Origin: Eledone cirrhosa
Lineage: Eukaryota
Length of the DNA stretch: 64,000 nt
Reading direction: 5' to 3'
Assembly: GCA_964016885.1 (NCBI GenBank)
Contig: OZ024744.1
Coordinates: 104,222,001-104,286,000 of the forward strand
In this document: in pieces, positions 1 through 12,685 of the stretch
Layout of the letters: the number at the start of each line of letters is the position of its first letter
Position numbering within the stretch: the stretch's first letter is position 1
Notes under the pieces: generated by a model
What the model was told of the DNA's origin: nothing
The model's database searches: none
What the model saw: the letters and a program-made list of their open reading frames with translations, nothing else
Translations under genes and position numbers: made by a program

Positions 1-6
1 ATAGAA

Positions 7-155
7 TTATATATAAATGTCAGGGAAGTGAACAGTGTATGAGTCATGATATACATGTGTGCATGTGTGTGGAGGGGGAACATTAGGTGTAGTGTTGGCG
101 AATCTTGGGAAGCATGGAGGTTTTAAAGGATGCAGAGTCTCGACAGCTAACAACT
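7..155 (-). mobile_element. CR1 LINE 3' end fragment
   Basis: Reverse complement matches the 3' end of the CR1 copy at ~60520-60670. Confidence 0.75.
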
Positions 156-450
156 GATGTGTTAGTATGTTATAATGTGTTAGTATGTAGTAATGTGTTA
201 GTATGTGGTAGTGTGTTAGTATGTAGTAATGTGTTAGTATGTTGTAGTGTGTTAGTATGTTATAATGTATTAGTATGTTGTAATCTGTTAGTATGTAGTA
301 ATGTGTTAGTATGTTGTAGTGTGTTAGTATGTTATAATGTATTAGTATGTTGTAGTGTGTTAGTATGTAGTAATGTGTTAGTATGTTGTAGTGTGTTAGT
401 ATGTAGTAATGTGTTAGTATGTAGTAATGTTGTAGCATGTTATAATGTGA
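156..450. repeat. 18-bp minisatellite (GTTAGTATGTNGTARTGT)n
   Basis: Visible tandem units; produces the HYYILT ORF. Confidence 0.9.
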
Positions 451-555
451 TGTAGTGTACCGTTGTATTGAAGTGAGATGTTGATATGGTGACAATTGTT
501 TCAGTGAACATTATGCAACTACTATCTAAATAGTTTTAATACTTCTTTATTGTAG

Positions 556-662
556 GAGGTAAAAGTTTGGGATGTTTTAACTGGAGCCTTTATCTCCCAG
601 TTTGGCCATGCACATGGAGAAAAGTCTATCACTTGTATGAATTTTGATGAAAGTTTGAGAAG
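556..662 (+). CDS. WD40-repeat protein (WDR49/WDR64/WDR95-like), internal exon 1 in window
   Basis: ttgtag acceptor and gtatga donor; EVKVWDVLTGAFISQFGHAHGEKSITCMNFDESLR(R); ends in phase 2, matching the next exon. Confidence 0.9.
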
Positions 663-732
663 GTATGAATCACCATTTACAAACTCTGTCTATTCTGTTT
701 ATATCTCTTAACATTTATCAATTGTATCTACA

Positions 733-1049
733 GGAGGCACATGGCTTAGTGGTTAGAGCATTGGCCTTGCAATCGAAAGGTTGTGAGTTCAATTCTCAGA
801 CCGGGTGATGTGTTGTTTCCTTGAGCAAGACACTTTATTTCACATTGCTCCAGTTTACTCAGCTGTAGAAATGAGATGATAGGGACTGGGGTCCCTATCA
901 TTCCACTGCAAAGTGGTCGTGGAGGTGCCACGGCAAAAAAGCACCCAGTACTAAATGGCATTCAGCTGTAGAAATCAAGCCAGCATCAGTTCCCGTCCCA
1001 CCCTTGTAGGCAGGGAAAAAGCGGACGTAAAATGAAATGATGATGATGA
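733..1049 (+). mobile_element. tRNA-derived SINE family A (Meta/V-like core, RTE-type tail)
   Basis: A box TGGCTTAGTGG, B box GAGTTCAATTC, core CCTTGAGCAAGACACTTT, (GAT)n tail. Confidence 0.85.
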
Positions 1050-1429
1050 GGCAATGTGTTTCTAGTCAATATTGGTAAATTAAATCTATTAATTCAATAT
1101 TTATTGATTATATTTACCTAGTCAACATATATAAACTCTACTTATCTTGCTTTACACTGCACCTATGCAATTAACATAGGTAGATTAACTCTTAACATCC
1201 TGTAATGATTTGTCAGAAGATATCTAAAAACAGGTTTGTTAGTTCAAATGTTTATAGTATCTTTACTGGTGGACAGATTGTTGTGAAAAGTCACAGTATT
1301 AGAATAAAGACTTTAATATCTAATTAATGTGGTTTCATGTGGTACAGGATGTTAAGAGTTAATTATCTAGAAAACATTTATTGACTGCATATATCCACCT
1401 TCAGTGACTATAGCCTTGACGAGGAGGAG

Positions 1430-1720
1430 TTGATGTCATTAGACAGTGTTCAACTTTAATTGTGTGTTAGACCCTGGATCATAACACATTCTCAGTGGGC
1501 TGGCAGTGATGGCCAAATCACTTCTAATCTCCCCCTGGCTTCTAGCTTAACTCATCTCTTCTGATCTTTTTGATGTCTTCCCCATCTTGCAAGCTGTTGC
1601 TTTCTCCTTGTCATTGTAATGCCAAAGAACATTCTCCATACTGATTCAGTTGGGAGTCCTCTGCAGCCCACCTCAACTGGAAATAACCACACTTTCCTTA
1701 CACTATTGCACAATATTAGT
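1430..1720 (-). mobile_element. HERO-like REL non-LTR retrotransposon 3' fragment
   Basis: Minus-strand WLFPVEVGCRGL...VWRMF motif, typical of the HERO C-terminus. Confidence 0.55.
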
Positions 1721-1779
1721 AAAGAGGGATTGGATAAGCTACAATTTGTATATTTATTCAAATATTTATCAATATATTC

Positions 1780-2160
1780 TATCAACAGGTATACCCTGTA
1801 CCTGTATATCTCATCAACAGGTATACCCTATACCTGTATATCTAATCAACAGGTATACCCTGTATATCCAATCGACAGGTATACCCTGTATCTCTATATC
1901 TAATCAACAGCTATACCCTGTATATCTAATCAACAGGTATACCCTGTATATCTAATCAACAAGTATACCCTGTATCTCTATATCTAATCAACAAGTATAC
2001 CCTGTATCTCTATATCTAATCAACAGGTATACCCTGCACCTATATATCTCATCAACAGGTATACCCTGTACCTATATATCTCATCAACAGGTATACCCTG
2101 TACCTGTATATCTAATCAACAGGTGTACCCTGTACCTGTATATTTAATCAACAGGTATAT
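1780..2160. repeat. ~24-31-bp minisatellite (ATCAACAGGTATACCCTGTA...)n
   Basis: About 13 tandem units. Confidence 0.9.
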
Positions 2161-2604
2161 CTGCTGAGTGTGTCATTCAGAATAGAGAACTCTCCTCTCA
2201 CCTGTTTCCCCGCCTCAGCCATATTGTTGGTATTCATAACAACTGTCACATATTATAAAAATATACACTACTACATTTAATGAAAGCATGTGACTTAATG
2301 GTGAAGGTGTTTGGCTCATGGTTGTAATGTTGCATTGTGTCCTTTAGCAAGACACTTTATTTCATGTTGCACCAGTTCACTCAGACTGAAGCATGTCCAT
2401 TGCTTTTATGGGACAGTTTTAAAGTGAAGATCTATTCCAGTCTTCTGAATTTGCATTTTCCAAAAATTTCAATTAATTGATCTTATTGGCATAATCTCAC
2501 TTGTCTGTTTTTAGAATTTGAACACCTCCCTTGAGGGAAATTTTGTCTGCTAATTACACAGATAATTTGAATCAATGAAAGATGTTCGACTGACTGTATT
2601 ACAT

Positions 2605-2641
<37 letters not shown>

Positions 2642-2651
2642 GAAGAAGAAG

Positions 2652-5451
2652 AAGAAAATTGAAAAAAAAGTACAGTATAAGATCAACATGTGACATAGAC
2701 ATGCTGATAGAAACAATCAAGCAAAAAGTGTCGGCCAAAGCTGCTCGTATAAGGCGCTTTGAAAAACGATCTAGATTCTATGAGGACAATAATATGTTCA
2801 AAAACAACCAAAGAAACTTCTACAGAAAAATTGGTAAGTCAACAATAACTGCTAAATCAATACCACCCAAGGAGGAAGTGCAAGAATTCTGGGAAAAGAT
2901 CTGGGCCGAAGAAAAAGTTCATAACATACATGCCCCATGGATAGACAGACAAATGAAAGAAACAGCTCACCTTGAAGAACAAACATGGGAAAATATAACA
3001 GTTGAACAGTTGCGCTTGGCTCTAAGAAAAACCAGCAAATGGAAATCCCCAGGAAAAGACAAAATACAAAACTTTTGGATAAATGCCTTCACAGAGTCTC
3101 ATGAGCTGTTAGCCCAACTTTACAATGAAATAGTTAAGGAGCCAGAAAAGATACCATCATGGCTAGTTAACGGCATTACATTCCTGCTACCGAAGAATGA
3201 TGAGACAAACAATCCCAAAAATTACAGACCGATAACCTGCTTGACCACAATGTATAAAATTTTAACATCAGTCCTAACTGAATACACATATGACCACCTG
3301 ATAACAAATGACCTATTTCCCATTGAGCAGAAAGGGTGTAAACGAGGCTCATATGGCTGTAAGGATCAGCTTCTGGTTAACAAAATGATACTGGAAGATT
3401 GTCATAATAGACACAAAAATCTATCGATTGCTTGGATAGATTATAAAAAAGCATTCGATAGTTTGCCACACAGTTGGATTGAAAAATGTTTAGAGATTTT
3501 CAAAATATCCCCCGTTGTCAGGAGGTTTTTGTCATTCAGTATGAAGACATGGAGAACGACACTCCTTTTGAATAGTGAAACAAAATCACTGGAAGCTGGA
3601 GAAGTTAATATTAATTGTGGAATTTTTCAGGGTGACTCTTTATCACCGCTTTTATTCTGCATCGCACTTATACCATTAAGTAAAATGCTCAATGAAACAA
3701 AACATGGATATAGAGTCTATGACAAAACCATTAATCACCTGTTCTACATGGATGACCTGAAACTATTTGCAAAAAATGATGAACAATTGCAAGGGCTATT
3801 ATCCACTGTGAAGCAGTTCAGTGATGACATTAAAATGGAGTTTGGACTGGATAAATGCGCCAAAGCAACGTTCACCAGAGGAAAGCTGCTGAAGAGTTCA
3901 GACATTAATCTTGATCGGGGGAACGTGATAAGAGAGCTTGATCAAGAAAAAACTTACAAATATCTAGGTGTTTGTGAAGGAGACGGAATCAAGCACTCAA
4001 CAATGAGGGAAAGGATAAGGAAGGAATGTTACCGCAGAGTCAGAGCAATCTTAAGAACGGAATTGAATGCAAGGAATAGGATCGATGCCATAAACACGCT
4101 TGCCATACCAGTAGTAACCTACAGTTACAATGTCATCAACTGGTCAAGCACAGAGATCCGTAGGCTCGATACAAAAATCCGAAAATTCTTAACCATGCAC
4201 AGAATGCATCACCCTAAGGCAGACATAGATAGAATATATCTCCCTAGGAAAGAAGGAGGACGTGGGTTAATCCAGTTAGACATTGCGTTGAAAACTGCAA
4301 CAATTGGATTATCTACATATCTAAGGGAATCACATGATTGGATGATCAAACTCGTTTTGAAACACGAAAGCACCAAAAGATCATATTCCATTACAAAAGA
4401 TGCACAAAGATACAGTAATGGACTACACATTTCAAAAGTCCCATTTATTGCTGAAATGGAAAATACAGAAAAAGCAAAGCAGGTAAAAGTAACTGCAAAG
4501 AAAGAACTGCTACAGAAACTGGCTAAGAAATGGCAAGAAAAGCCTCTGTATGGAAAATACCCAGAGCGAGCTAACAATCCTGATGTTGACAAAACTTTAA
4601 CCCATCAGTGGTTGGCATCCTCTGGACTGAAATCGGAGACTGAAGGACTGATTATATCGGCACAAGATCAGTGTCTGCCAACAAAAAATTACCAAGCCAA
4701 CATAATAAAAAATGGGTGCAGCCCATTATGCCGTGTATGCAAAAAACAACCAGAGACCATTGACCATATAATTTCAATGTGCAGTCCTATAGCTCCAACC
4801 GAATACCTAAACAGGCATGACAGAGCTGCACAATACATACATTGGATAATGTGTAAGCATTTTGACCTGCCTCATCAAAAGAATTGGTGGGAGCATCAAC
4901 CACCTCCCATACTTGAAAAAGATCACATCTCAATCTTGTGGAACTTTAGCATCCAAACAGACCGAAAAATAGATGCAAATAGACCTGATATAATATTGAA
5001 GGACTTTCAAAGGAGGGTATGCCTGCTAATTGATATGTCCATTCCAATAGACAAGAATGTATCTATAAAAACATTTGAAAAATTGAGCAAGTATAAGGAC
5101 CTGGAGATAGAAATTGGAAAAATGTGGAAATTGAGAACTAAAACAATACCAGTGGTTGTAGGCGCTCTGGGAATGATACCTAAGGGGTCTAACGACTACT
5201 TATCGTAAATCCCAGGAAACCCGCGTATAGGAGAAATACAAAAGATAGTACTAATGGGAACTGCCCATATACTAAGGAAGATTCTGTCAATATAAGTACA
5301 TCACAAGTCTAAATACCTAAAGATGCATGTGTGAATATGTATGTTCTTTCTTGAACATGGCGGACCTTGTTGTCTCTTGAGGTCACTGGTTGTGACTTGG
5401 TGATAACTCGTATGAACATAAAGCAAGATAAATGCAAATAATAATAATAAT
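2652..5451 (+). mobile_element. R4/Dong-clade non-LTR retrotransposon, 5'-truncated (RT + CCHC + REL endonuclease)
   Basis: QGDSLSP, YMDD, CRVC..ETIDHIISMC, RHD, NRPD..D..K; (TAA)n on both flanks; one nonsense codon at 5206-5208, frame continues to 5295. Confidence 0.93.
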
Positions 5452-6170
5452 GAAATTATTGTGTACAGTGCTCAGGTGCACTACAACTCATCAAAGTGCA
5501 TGTATAGAACATAGAATAATTTACAAATGTCAGAAAAATGAACAGTGTATGTGTCATGATATACATGTGTGGATGTGTATGGAGGGGGAATATTAAGGTG
5601 TAGTGTTGGCGAATCTCAGGAAGCATGGAGGTTTTAAAGGATGCAGTGTCTCGACAGCTAACAACTGATGCAGGTAGTTTGTTCCATGGAGGTTTTAAAG
5701 GACGCAGTGTCTCAACAGCTAACAACTGATGCAGGTAGTTTGTTCCATGGAGGTTTTAAAGGATGCAGTGTCTCGACAGCTAACAACTGATGCAGGTAGT
5801 TTGTTCCATGGAGGTTTTAAAGGATGCAGTGTCTCGACAACTAATAACTGATGCAGGTAGTTTGTTCCATGCTTCAGCAACTCTGAACGTGAAAAAATGT
5901 TTCCGAAAGTCATGGGAGCTGTGCTGCTTTCTGACTTTGTAGGCATGCCCACGGGTGTTAGACACATGGAATTCAAAAAGGTGCTCAAGGTTGTTGTTGG
6001 CAAGATGGTTAGTAATTTTGTGGGTGTTTACCAAGTCAGTTGCCAGACGTCGGAGCTTCAATGTATCCATGCCCAGGGAAGGAAGGCGTTTTCAGAGTAT
6101 GGTAGATGCCTGATGGAGGGTATTCGCTTGGTTGCACGTCTCTGAACAGTTTCCAGGATGTCAATGTTCT
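5452..6170 (-). mobile_element. CR1 LINE 3' fragment with internal ~61-bp tandem expansion
   Basis: TRGHAYK, FFTFRVAEAWNKLP; homologous to 60210-60740. Confidence 0.88.
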
Positions 6171-6206
6171 GATGTGAACCCTTACTTTATTTGTTGTTTA
6201 TTTTAG

Positions 6207-6310
6207 ATTGTTAACCGGTGGTCAAGATGGAAAAGTGAAAGTGTGGAACTACAACAGCGGACTCTGTTTAAAAGAACTTTCCAAGAGGAAGAAGGAAGGA
6301 CTTATTGATG
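6207..6310 (+). CDS. WD40-repeat gene exon 2
   Basis: ttttag acceptor; (R)LLTGGQDGKVKVWNYNSGLCLKELSKRKKEGLID; gtattg donor, phase 1. Confidence 0.88.
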
Positions 6311-6369
6311 GTATTGGCATCTTTCTTTCATTTTTCGTTTGTATGAAGTTAGAGTATGGTTACCTCCCC

Positions 6370-6530
6370 CCTCTTTCTCTCTCTCTTTCCCCCCACTCTG
6401 TCTCTCTCACTCTCTCTCTCACACTCTCTTTCCCCCTCACTCTGTCTCTCTCACTCTCTCTCTCTTTCTCCCCCTCACTCTGTCTCTCTCACTCTCTCTC
6501 TTCCCCTTGCTGCTGCTGCTGCTGCTACTG

Positions 6531-6581
<51 letters not shown>

Positions 6582-6840
6582 TCATCTCCATTGTCACTAA
6601 CACCACTATCATCTCCATTGTCACTTTTACCACTACCACCACAACCACCAACACCACCATCATCACTACCACCACCAACACCACCACTACCACCACAATC
6701 AGCACCACCACCATCATCACTACCACCACCAACACCACCATCATCACTACCAACACCAACACCACCACCACTACCATCATCACTACCAACACCAATACCA
6801 CCACAACCACCAACACCAACACCACCACTACCACCATACC
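6370..6840. repeat. Compound microsatellite (CT)n,(GCT)n,(ACT)n,(ACC)n
   Basis: Directly visible. Confidence 0.95.
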
Positions 6841-6959
6841 AGCATTTCTCCAAAATGGCTATCTGAATACACAACCTTTTCCAAAAAGAAAACATTTTTC
6901 CCATTCCTGCCTCTTCTCACTCTCTTTCTTTCTATCTTACCTTTTATTTCTCATTCTAA

Positions 6960-6995
6960 TCTTCTGATGAAGGACTAGTGTCTGAAACGTTAAGA
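6960..6995 (+). ncRNA. Minimal type I hammerhead ribozyme motif (Penelope-like)
   Basis: TCTT-CTGATGA-aGGAC tagt GTCT-GAAAC-GTT-AAGA: intact core, helix II, palindromic helix III, helix I TCTT/AAGA. Confidence 0.65.
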
Positions 6996-7096
6996 CACTT
7001 TCCCTCCTATATCAACCTTTAAACTAATATATCTCTTCATTATACTGTGTTAGTTGCTTTGTTGTTTCCGTTTACTTTTTACACACATACACACAC

Positions 7097-8518
7097 ATAT
7101 TAGCGCAACTGATTAGAGAAAGGGTCAAATTAGATGCAGTTTGGTTTTGTGCCTCGGAAAAGTACAATAGATGCCCTCTTCTTAGTGAGGCAACTACAAG
7201 AGAGGTTCTTAGAGAAGAATAAGCCACTATATTTAGCTTTTGTTGACCTAGGGTAGGCCTTTGATAGAGTACCCCGATCTGTCATCTGATGGTCCCTAAG
7301 GAAACTAGGTGTAGAGGAATAGCTTGTGAGGACAGTGCAAACTATGTACAGGGGTGCTGTCAGTAAAGTGAGAATAGGAATGGAGTTTAGTGAGGAATTA
7401 GATACAAGTAGATACAAGTAGGTGTACATCAGGGTTCGGTTCTCAGCCCGCTATTGTTCATTATAGTCCTCCAAGCCATAACAGAGGAGTTTAAGACTGG
7501 CTGTCCATGGGAACTTCTCTATGCTGATGATCTGGTTCTTATAGCAGAATCAGTAGAGGAGCTAGAGAATAAATTCTGGCTTTGGAAACAGCAGTTGGAA
7601 GCAAGAGGACTGAGAGTGAACCTAGCTAAGACAAAAGTGTTGATAAGTAGAAGAGAGGACAAAACTCTGATTCCATCAGGGAAATGGCCATGTTCGATAT
7701 GTAGGAAAGGAACTGGCATAAATTCTATAAAATGCACACAATGCAGATCTTGGGTACACAAGCGGTGTAGTGGGATAGCAGGCAAATTAACAGGTAGGGA
7801 AAACTACGTATGCAGTAGATGTACAGGGAAAGTTTGCAGTAGTAATCGCAGTGATAGACACATTTTTCCAATGCAGGTGGGTTCTATAGAAGTGGTTTGA
7901 TAGCTTCCGGTACCTAGGTGATAAGATTAGCATGGGAAGGGAGTGTTCCGAGGCCTTAGTATCTAGAATAAGGATGGGTTGGAAGAAGTTTAGGGAGCTG
8001 CTTCCTCTGTTGACAAAGAAGGGTTTCTCCCTGCATACGAAAGGACGGTTATATGATGCCTGTGTGAGATGCGCAATGCTGCATGGTAGTGAGACATGAG
8101 CAGCAACTGCAGAAGATATGCGACAGCTGGAGAGAAATGAAGCAAGTATGCTCCGTTGGATGTGCAATGTCAATGTGCGAGAATGACCAAGCATAGATGA
8201 GTTGAGAAAGAAACTGGGTATAAGAGGGATATGTTGTGGTGTGCAGGAGAGAAGGCTGAGATGGTATGGACATGTGATGCGCATGGAGGATGACCGCTGG
8301 GTAAAGAAGTGCAAGAAATCCCAGTAGAAGGAAGACGCAGTAGAGGTAGACCACGAAAAACATGGGTGGAGGTGGTGAGAGTAGGCTTCAGACCACTGAA
8401 ACTCACTGAGGAGATGACGAAGGACCGTGACAAGTAGAGAGATGCTGTGCTGAATAGGACCCGTCCAACCCTTGCAAGCAGGGAAAAGCGGACATAAAAT
8501 GATGATGATGATGATGAT
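7097..8518 (+). mobile_element. RTE LINE subfamily C, 5'-truncated, decayed
   Basis: ELLYADD, PHD motif CSIC..CTQC..H..C..CSRC, several stops, (GAT)n tail. Confidence 0.9.
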
Positions 8519-8547
8519 GTATGTATGTATATATGTTTATATATACA

Positions 8548-8810
8548 CATCATCATCATCATCATCTTTTTACATCCGCTTTTCCCTGCTTGCAAGGGTG
8601 GGATGGGTCCTATTCAGCACAGCATCTCTCTACTTGTCACAGTCCTTCGTCATCTCCTCCGTGAGCTTCAGTGATCTGAGGTCTGCTCTCGCCACCTCCA
8701 CCCATGTTTTTCGTGGTCTTCCTCTACTGTGTCTTCCTTCTACTGGGATTTCTTGGCACTTCTTCACCGATCGGTCATCTTCCATGCGCATCACATGTCC
8801 ATACCATCGC
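8548..8810 (-). mobile_element. RTE subfamily C 3' end, tail-to-tail with the preceding copy
   Basis: LRWYGHVMRM...GRPRKTW on minus strand. Confidence 0.85.
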
Positions 8811-8839
8811 AGATATATATATATATATGTATACATACA

Positions 8840-9553
8840 TATGTGGCAAAGCATAAGTGAACTAAGTGAGAAATTAGGAATAAGAGGGATCAGATGCTGT
8901 TTACTCGAGAGAAGACTACGTTGGTATGGCCACGTGATGCGCATGAAAGACGACAGCTATATAAAAAAGTGCAGGGCGATCAAAATTGATGGAAGTTACG
9001 GAGTAGGTAGACCCAGAAAAACCTGGGACGATTTGATAAATTCCGTCCTTACACACTTATATCTCTCTAAGACAATGTCACTGGACCGAGATCTTTGGCG
9101 CTACACAGTAATATAGAAGACTTGCCTTGGCTATGTACAAAGCAAAACCTACAGTCAGTAGGCACCTCTTAACCAAATATACACCCCATCTCATTACCCG
9201 TACTCCACCCTCCCTCTCCCATCAACACCACCCTTTCTCTGTTAAATTAGGTTGGTACACAACATCCAGTCCAAACTAATGAGAAAATGAGATCGAGATT
9301 GAAATTGTGTAGGTGTCACGACAAAAAAAACACAGTCCACGCTGTAATGTGGCCGTGTAGGTAACACGGTAAAAAGCTCCCAGTCCACACTGTAAATGTG
9401 GTTGGTGTTAGGAAGGGCATCCAGTCATAGAAAACCTGCCAGATAGTCCTATATGAGCACGACACGGTCACTCGACCAATCTTTCCTCAAGTGGGACAAC
9501 GCCTTTCTAACCCTTGCTAGCGTGGAAGATGATAAACGATGATGATGATGATG
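8840..9553 (+). mobile_element. RTE subfamily A 3' fragment with 3' UTR
   Basis: ERRLRWYGHVMRM, GRPRKTW, (GAT)n tail. Confidence 0.88.
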
Positions 9554-9564
9554 ATATATATATA

Positions 9565-12505
9565 TCATCATCATCACCATTTTACATCCATTCTTCCAAG
9601 CTAGCATGGGTTAGACAGGTTGTCCTGTTGTGGGCAGTGTCCAGTCGGCTGACCTTGTCTTGCTCATACAGGAACTGATTCTGGCTTGATTTCTACAGCT
9701 GGATGCCCTTCTTAACACCAACCTCATTTACAGTGTGGGCTGGGTGCTTTTTTGCCTTGGCACCTCCACAACCACTTTGCAGTGGGAGGGGGTGAGGGCA
9801 TATTGTCTATATGCTTCAGCTTTGGCTTGTTCCCGTGGGAAGTCAGGTCTTCTGTATTACTGCGTGGCGCCAGAGGTCACGGTCGTGTGTCATTGCCTTT
9901 GAGAGGTAAAATTGGGTACGGTCAGCTTTTATCACCTCATCCCAGGTCTTCTTGGGTCTCTCCAGTCCACGGCTTCCATCGACTTCTGGTGCTCTGCACC
10001 TTTTTATGCAGCTGTCATCCTTCATACTCATCACATACCAATGTAATCTCATCTCTTGCAAACAGCATTTGATTCTCTTATGCTCAGTCTCTCTCTCAGT
10101 TCGTTTATGCTTTGCCGTTCGCATATATTACTATTACAAATCCATCAGAGCATGCAGGCTTCGTTTCTTTCTAATCTGCGCAAGTCTTCTACTGACAGCG
10201 CCCAGGTCTCATTACCATGTAACATTGCTGTTTGTATACACCCATCATACAGTCTGCCTTTCATTTTGAGGGAAAAGCCTTTTGCAGTTAACAGTGGCAG
10301 TAGCTCCCTGAACTTCTTCCATCCCGTTCTTACCCTAGTTATTGTACTTTCCGAACACCCACCTCTGCTGCTAATTCGGTCACCTAGGTAGCAGAAGCTG
10401 TCTACTGTTTCTACAGAGCCCTCCCAGAGATTGGTGGTACTTGTTTCCTGTGGCTGTTAGCTGCTTGCTGTTCCAGCGCAGCTGCTACATGGGAAGCCTA
10501 CATTCTTAGTTAAGCTTCCTGAGATCCCACTACATCTCTTGTGTACCCATTGTTTGCATTTGGGGCAGTGGATGGAGTTCCTACCTACACCTTTTCTACA
10601 TACTGAGCAAGGCCATTTCCCTGATGGGATCTGGGTTCTGTTTTCTCTTCTACCTACAAGAACCTTAGTCTTTGTCAGGTTGACTTTGAAACCCTTTCTT
10701 TCTAGTCCCTGCTTCCAAGTTTGGAATTTCTTCTCTAGTTCAACCATAGATTCAGCTATAAGTGTGAGATCAAACGCATATAGGAGTTCCCATGGGCATC
10801 CAGTCTTAAACTCCTCCGTTATTGCCTGCTAAACTATAATGAACAGGAGAGGGCTAAGAACAGAGCCCTGGTGGACACCGACCTGTATACTAAATTCCTC
10901 GCTATAGTCTTTCTAACCCTAACTTTGTTGACTGCTCCTCTATACATGGCTTGGTGGATGCCAACTTGCATTCTAAATTATTTGATATAGTCATTGTTAA
11001 TCCCAACTTTGCTGCCCTCACAAGCCATTCATCTACTCCTATTTTCTAAGAGCCCACCAGATTATAGCATGCGGGACTCTGTTAAGAGCTTTTTCCAGAT
11101 CGATGAATGCCAGGTAGAGCGGCTTACTTTTAGCTAGGTACTTTTCCTGTAACTGCCTCACAAGGAAGAGAGCATCAGTGGTGCCTTTTCCTGGTATAAA
11201 TCCAAATTGCATCTCATCTAGTTTTACTTGGTCCCTAATCAACTCTTTCCATTACTTTCATGACCTGGTCCATCAGCTTTATACCTCTATACTTTCCTCT
11301 ATCTAGTGCATCACCTTTACCCTTGTAGCAGTTGACAATGATGCTGCTGCACCAATCTTTTGGTATGATATCTTCTAGTATTACCTGGTTAACAATTTGT
11401 GTGGTTATGGTGTGACCTACCGACCCAGATGCCTTCAGCATCTCGGCAGCTATACCCGATGGACCGGTTGCCTTCCCCATCTTCATATCTTTGATTGCAT
11501 TATTTATTACGCTGCTGCTGACTTGTACTGCTGGCCCCTCTATAGGGTCCACTTGGAATAGAGTTTCTTTTTCCCATGCATTCTCATTTAGTAATCTTTC
11601 ATAATGGCTCCTCCACGCATCCTTCTTCTCAGCACTTGTGAGGGCAAGCTCACCTTTATCATTCCGGATATACTTCTCTCCAATGACATCACAATTCTCT
11701 CTGACACACTGCCTCGCAATCTTGAATACCTCCTGTTTCTGGTCCTCACGTTGCAAAACATGCTTGAATTTTCTATCCTCTGCTTCCCTTCTAGCTAAGT
11801 ATACTTGTCGCCTAGCTTCCCTCCTGGTCTCTATGTAATGTACCCTGCTTCCCCCATTCTTCCATTCTTTCCATGCCTGTCTCTTAGCCTTAACTGCCTC
11901 ATCTACCTTATTGTTCCACCACCAAGTCACTCTCTTCCTCCCTGTGAACATGCTCCAACCACAGATCTCGTCCTTTAGTAAGTTTTTTTTAGGAACTCCC
12001 AGTGCTCTTCTACATTGAATGTCTCCATCTGTTCTCCTTTACTGCCGTAGGCATCGAGTAGAATATCTTTAAATCTGGCAGAGGGGTCTTTCAGCTTCCA
12101 GATCTTTCTTCTCCAGGTTGCCTTCTCTTTCCAAGTTCATCTAGTTTTGACAGTGAGGTCGCTGACAACTAATTTATGTTGGGAGGTACATTCCCCACCA
12201 AGGAAGGCTTTTGTGCTTACAACCGTCCATCTATCACGCCCTCTGATGAGGATAAAATCTATCTGACTAGAATGCTTCCCTGATCTATAGGTGATCAGAT
12301 GGTTATCGGGTCTTTTGAAGTTTGTGTTACATATCGACATGTCATTGGCGTTGCAGAATTCCAGAAGCCTGAAGCCTTCTTCATTTCTTGTGCCAAACCC
12401 GTGGCCTCCATGGATTCTATAGAAGCCGTCATGGTGTTTAGCAACATGTCCGTTAAAATCTCCTGCAATGATTAGGAAGTCATTGTCGTTTGTTAGGGCA
12501 GTAGT
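9565..12505 (-). mobile_element. RTE subfamily B, long decayed copy (partial APE, RT, PHD)
   Basis: GDFNGH, SQIDFIL, QFGF, PHD motif spread over frameshifted ORFs 12137-12628, 11235-11951, 11039-11242, 10457-10747. Confidence 0.9.
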
Positions 12506-12685
12506 GTGCATTAGGTACTTGTAAAACCTATATATATGGCGAAAACGAAGATAGTGAGAACTGTGTACGCCGTGGACATCCTCAAGCAGACAGCATTTTG
12601 TCCCTGATTTTGGAAGGCTATTCCTCACACAGTGACATACGCTGTCAGTTGTGTTGGCGAGTGTTTCTATTTTATTTATATTGTC

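Noticed and set aside
733-810. Possible tRNA gene
   Set aside because: A/B boxes belong to a multicopy SINE head; no proper cloverleaf or terminator
2575-2651. N-terminus MKDVRL...IIIIRRRR of the 877-aa ORF
   Set aside because: Flank plus (TAA)n(GAA)n that happens to be in frame with a truncated element
6339-6967. Pro-, Thr-, Gly- and Val-rich ORFs resembling mucin or extensin
   Set aside because: Open frames of trinucleotide repeats in an intron
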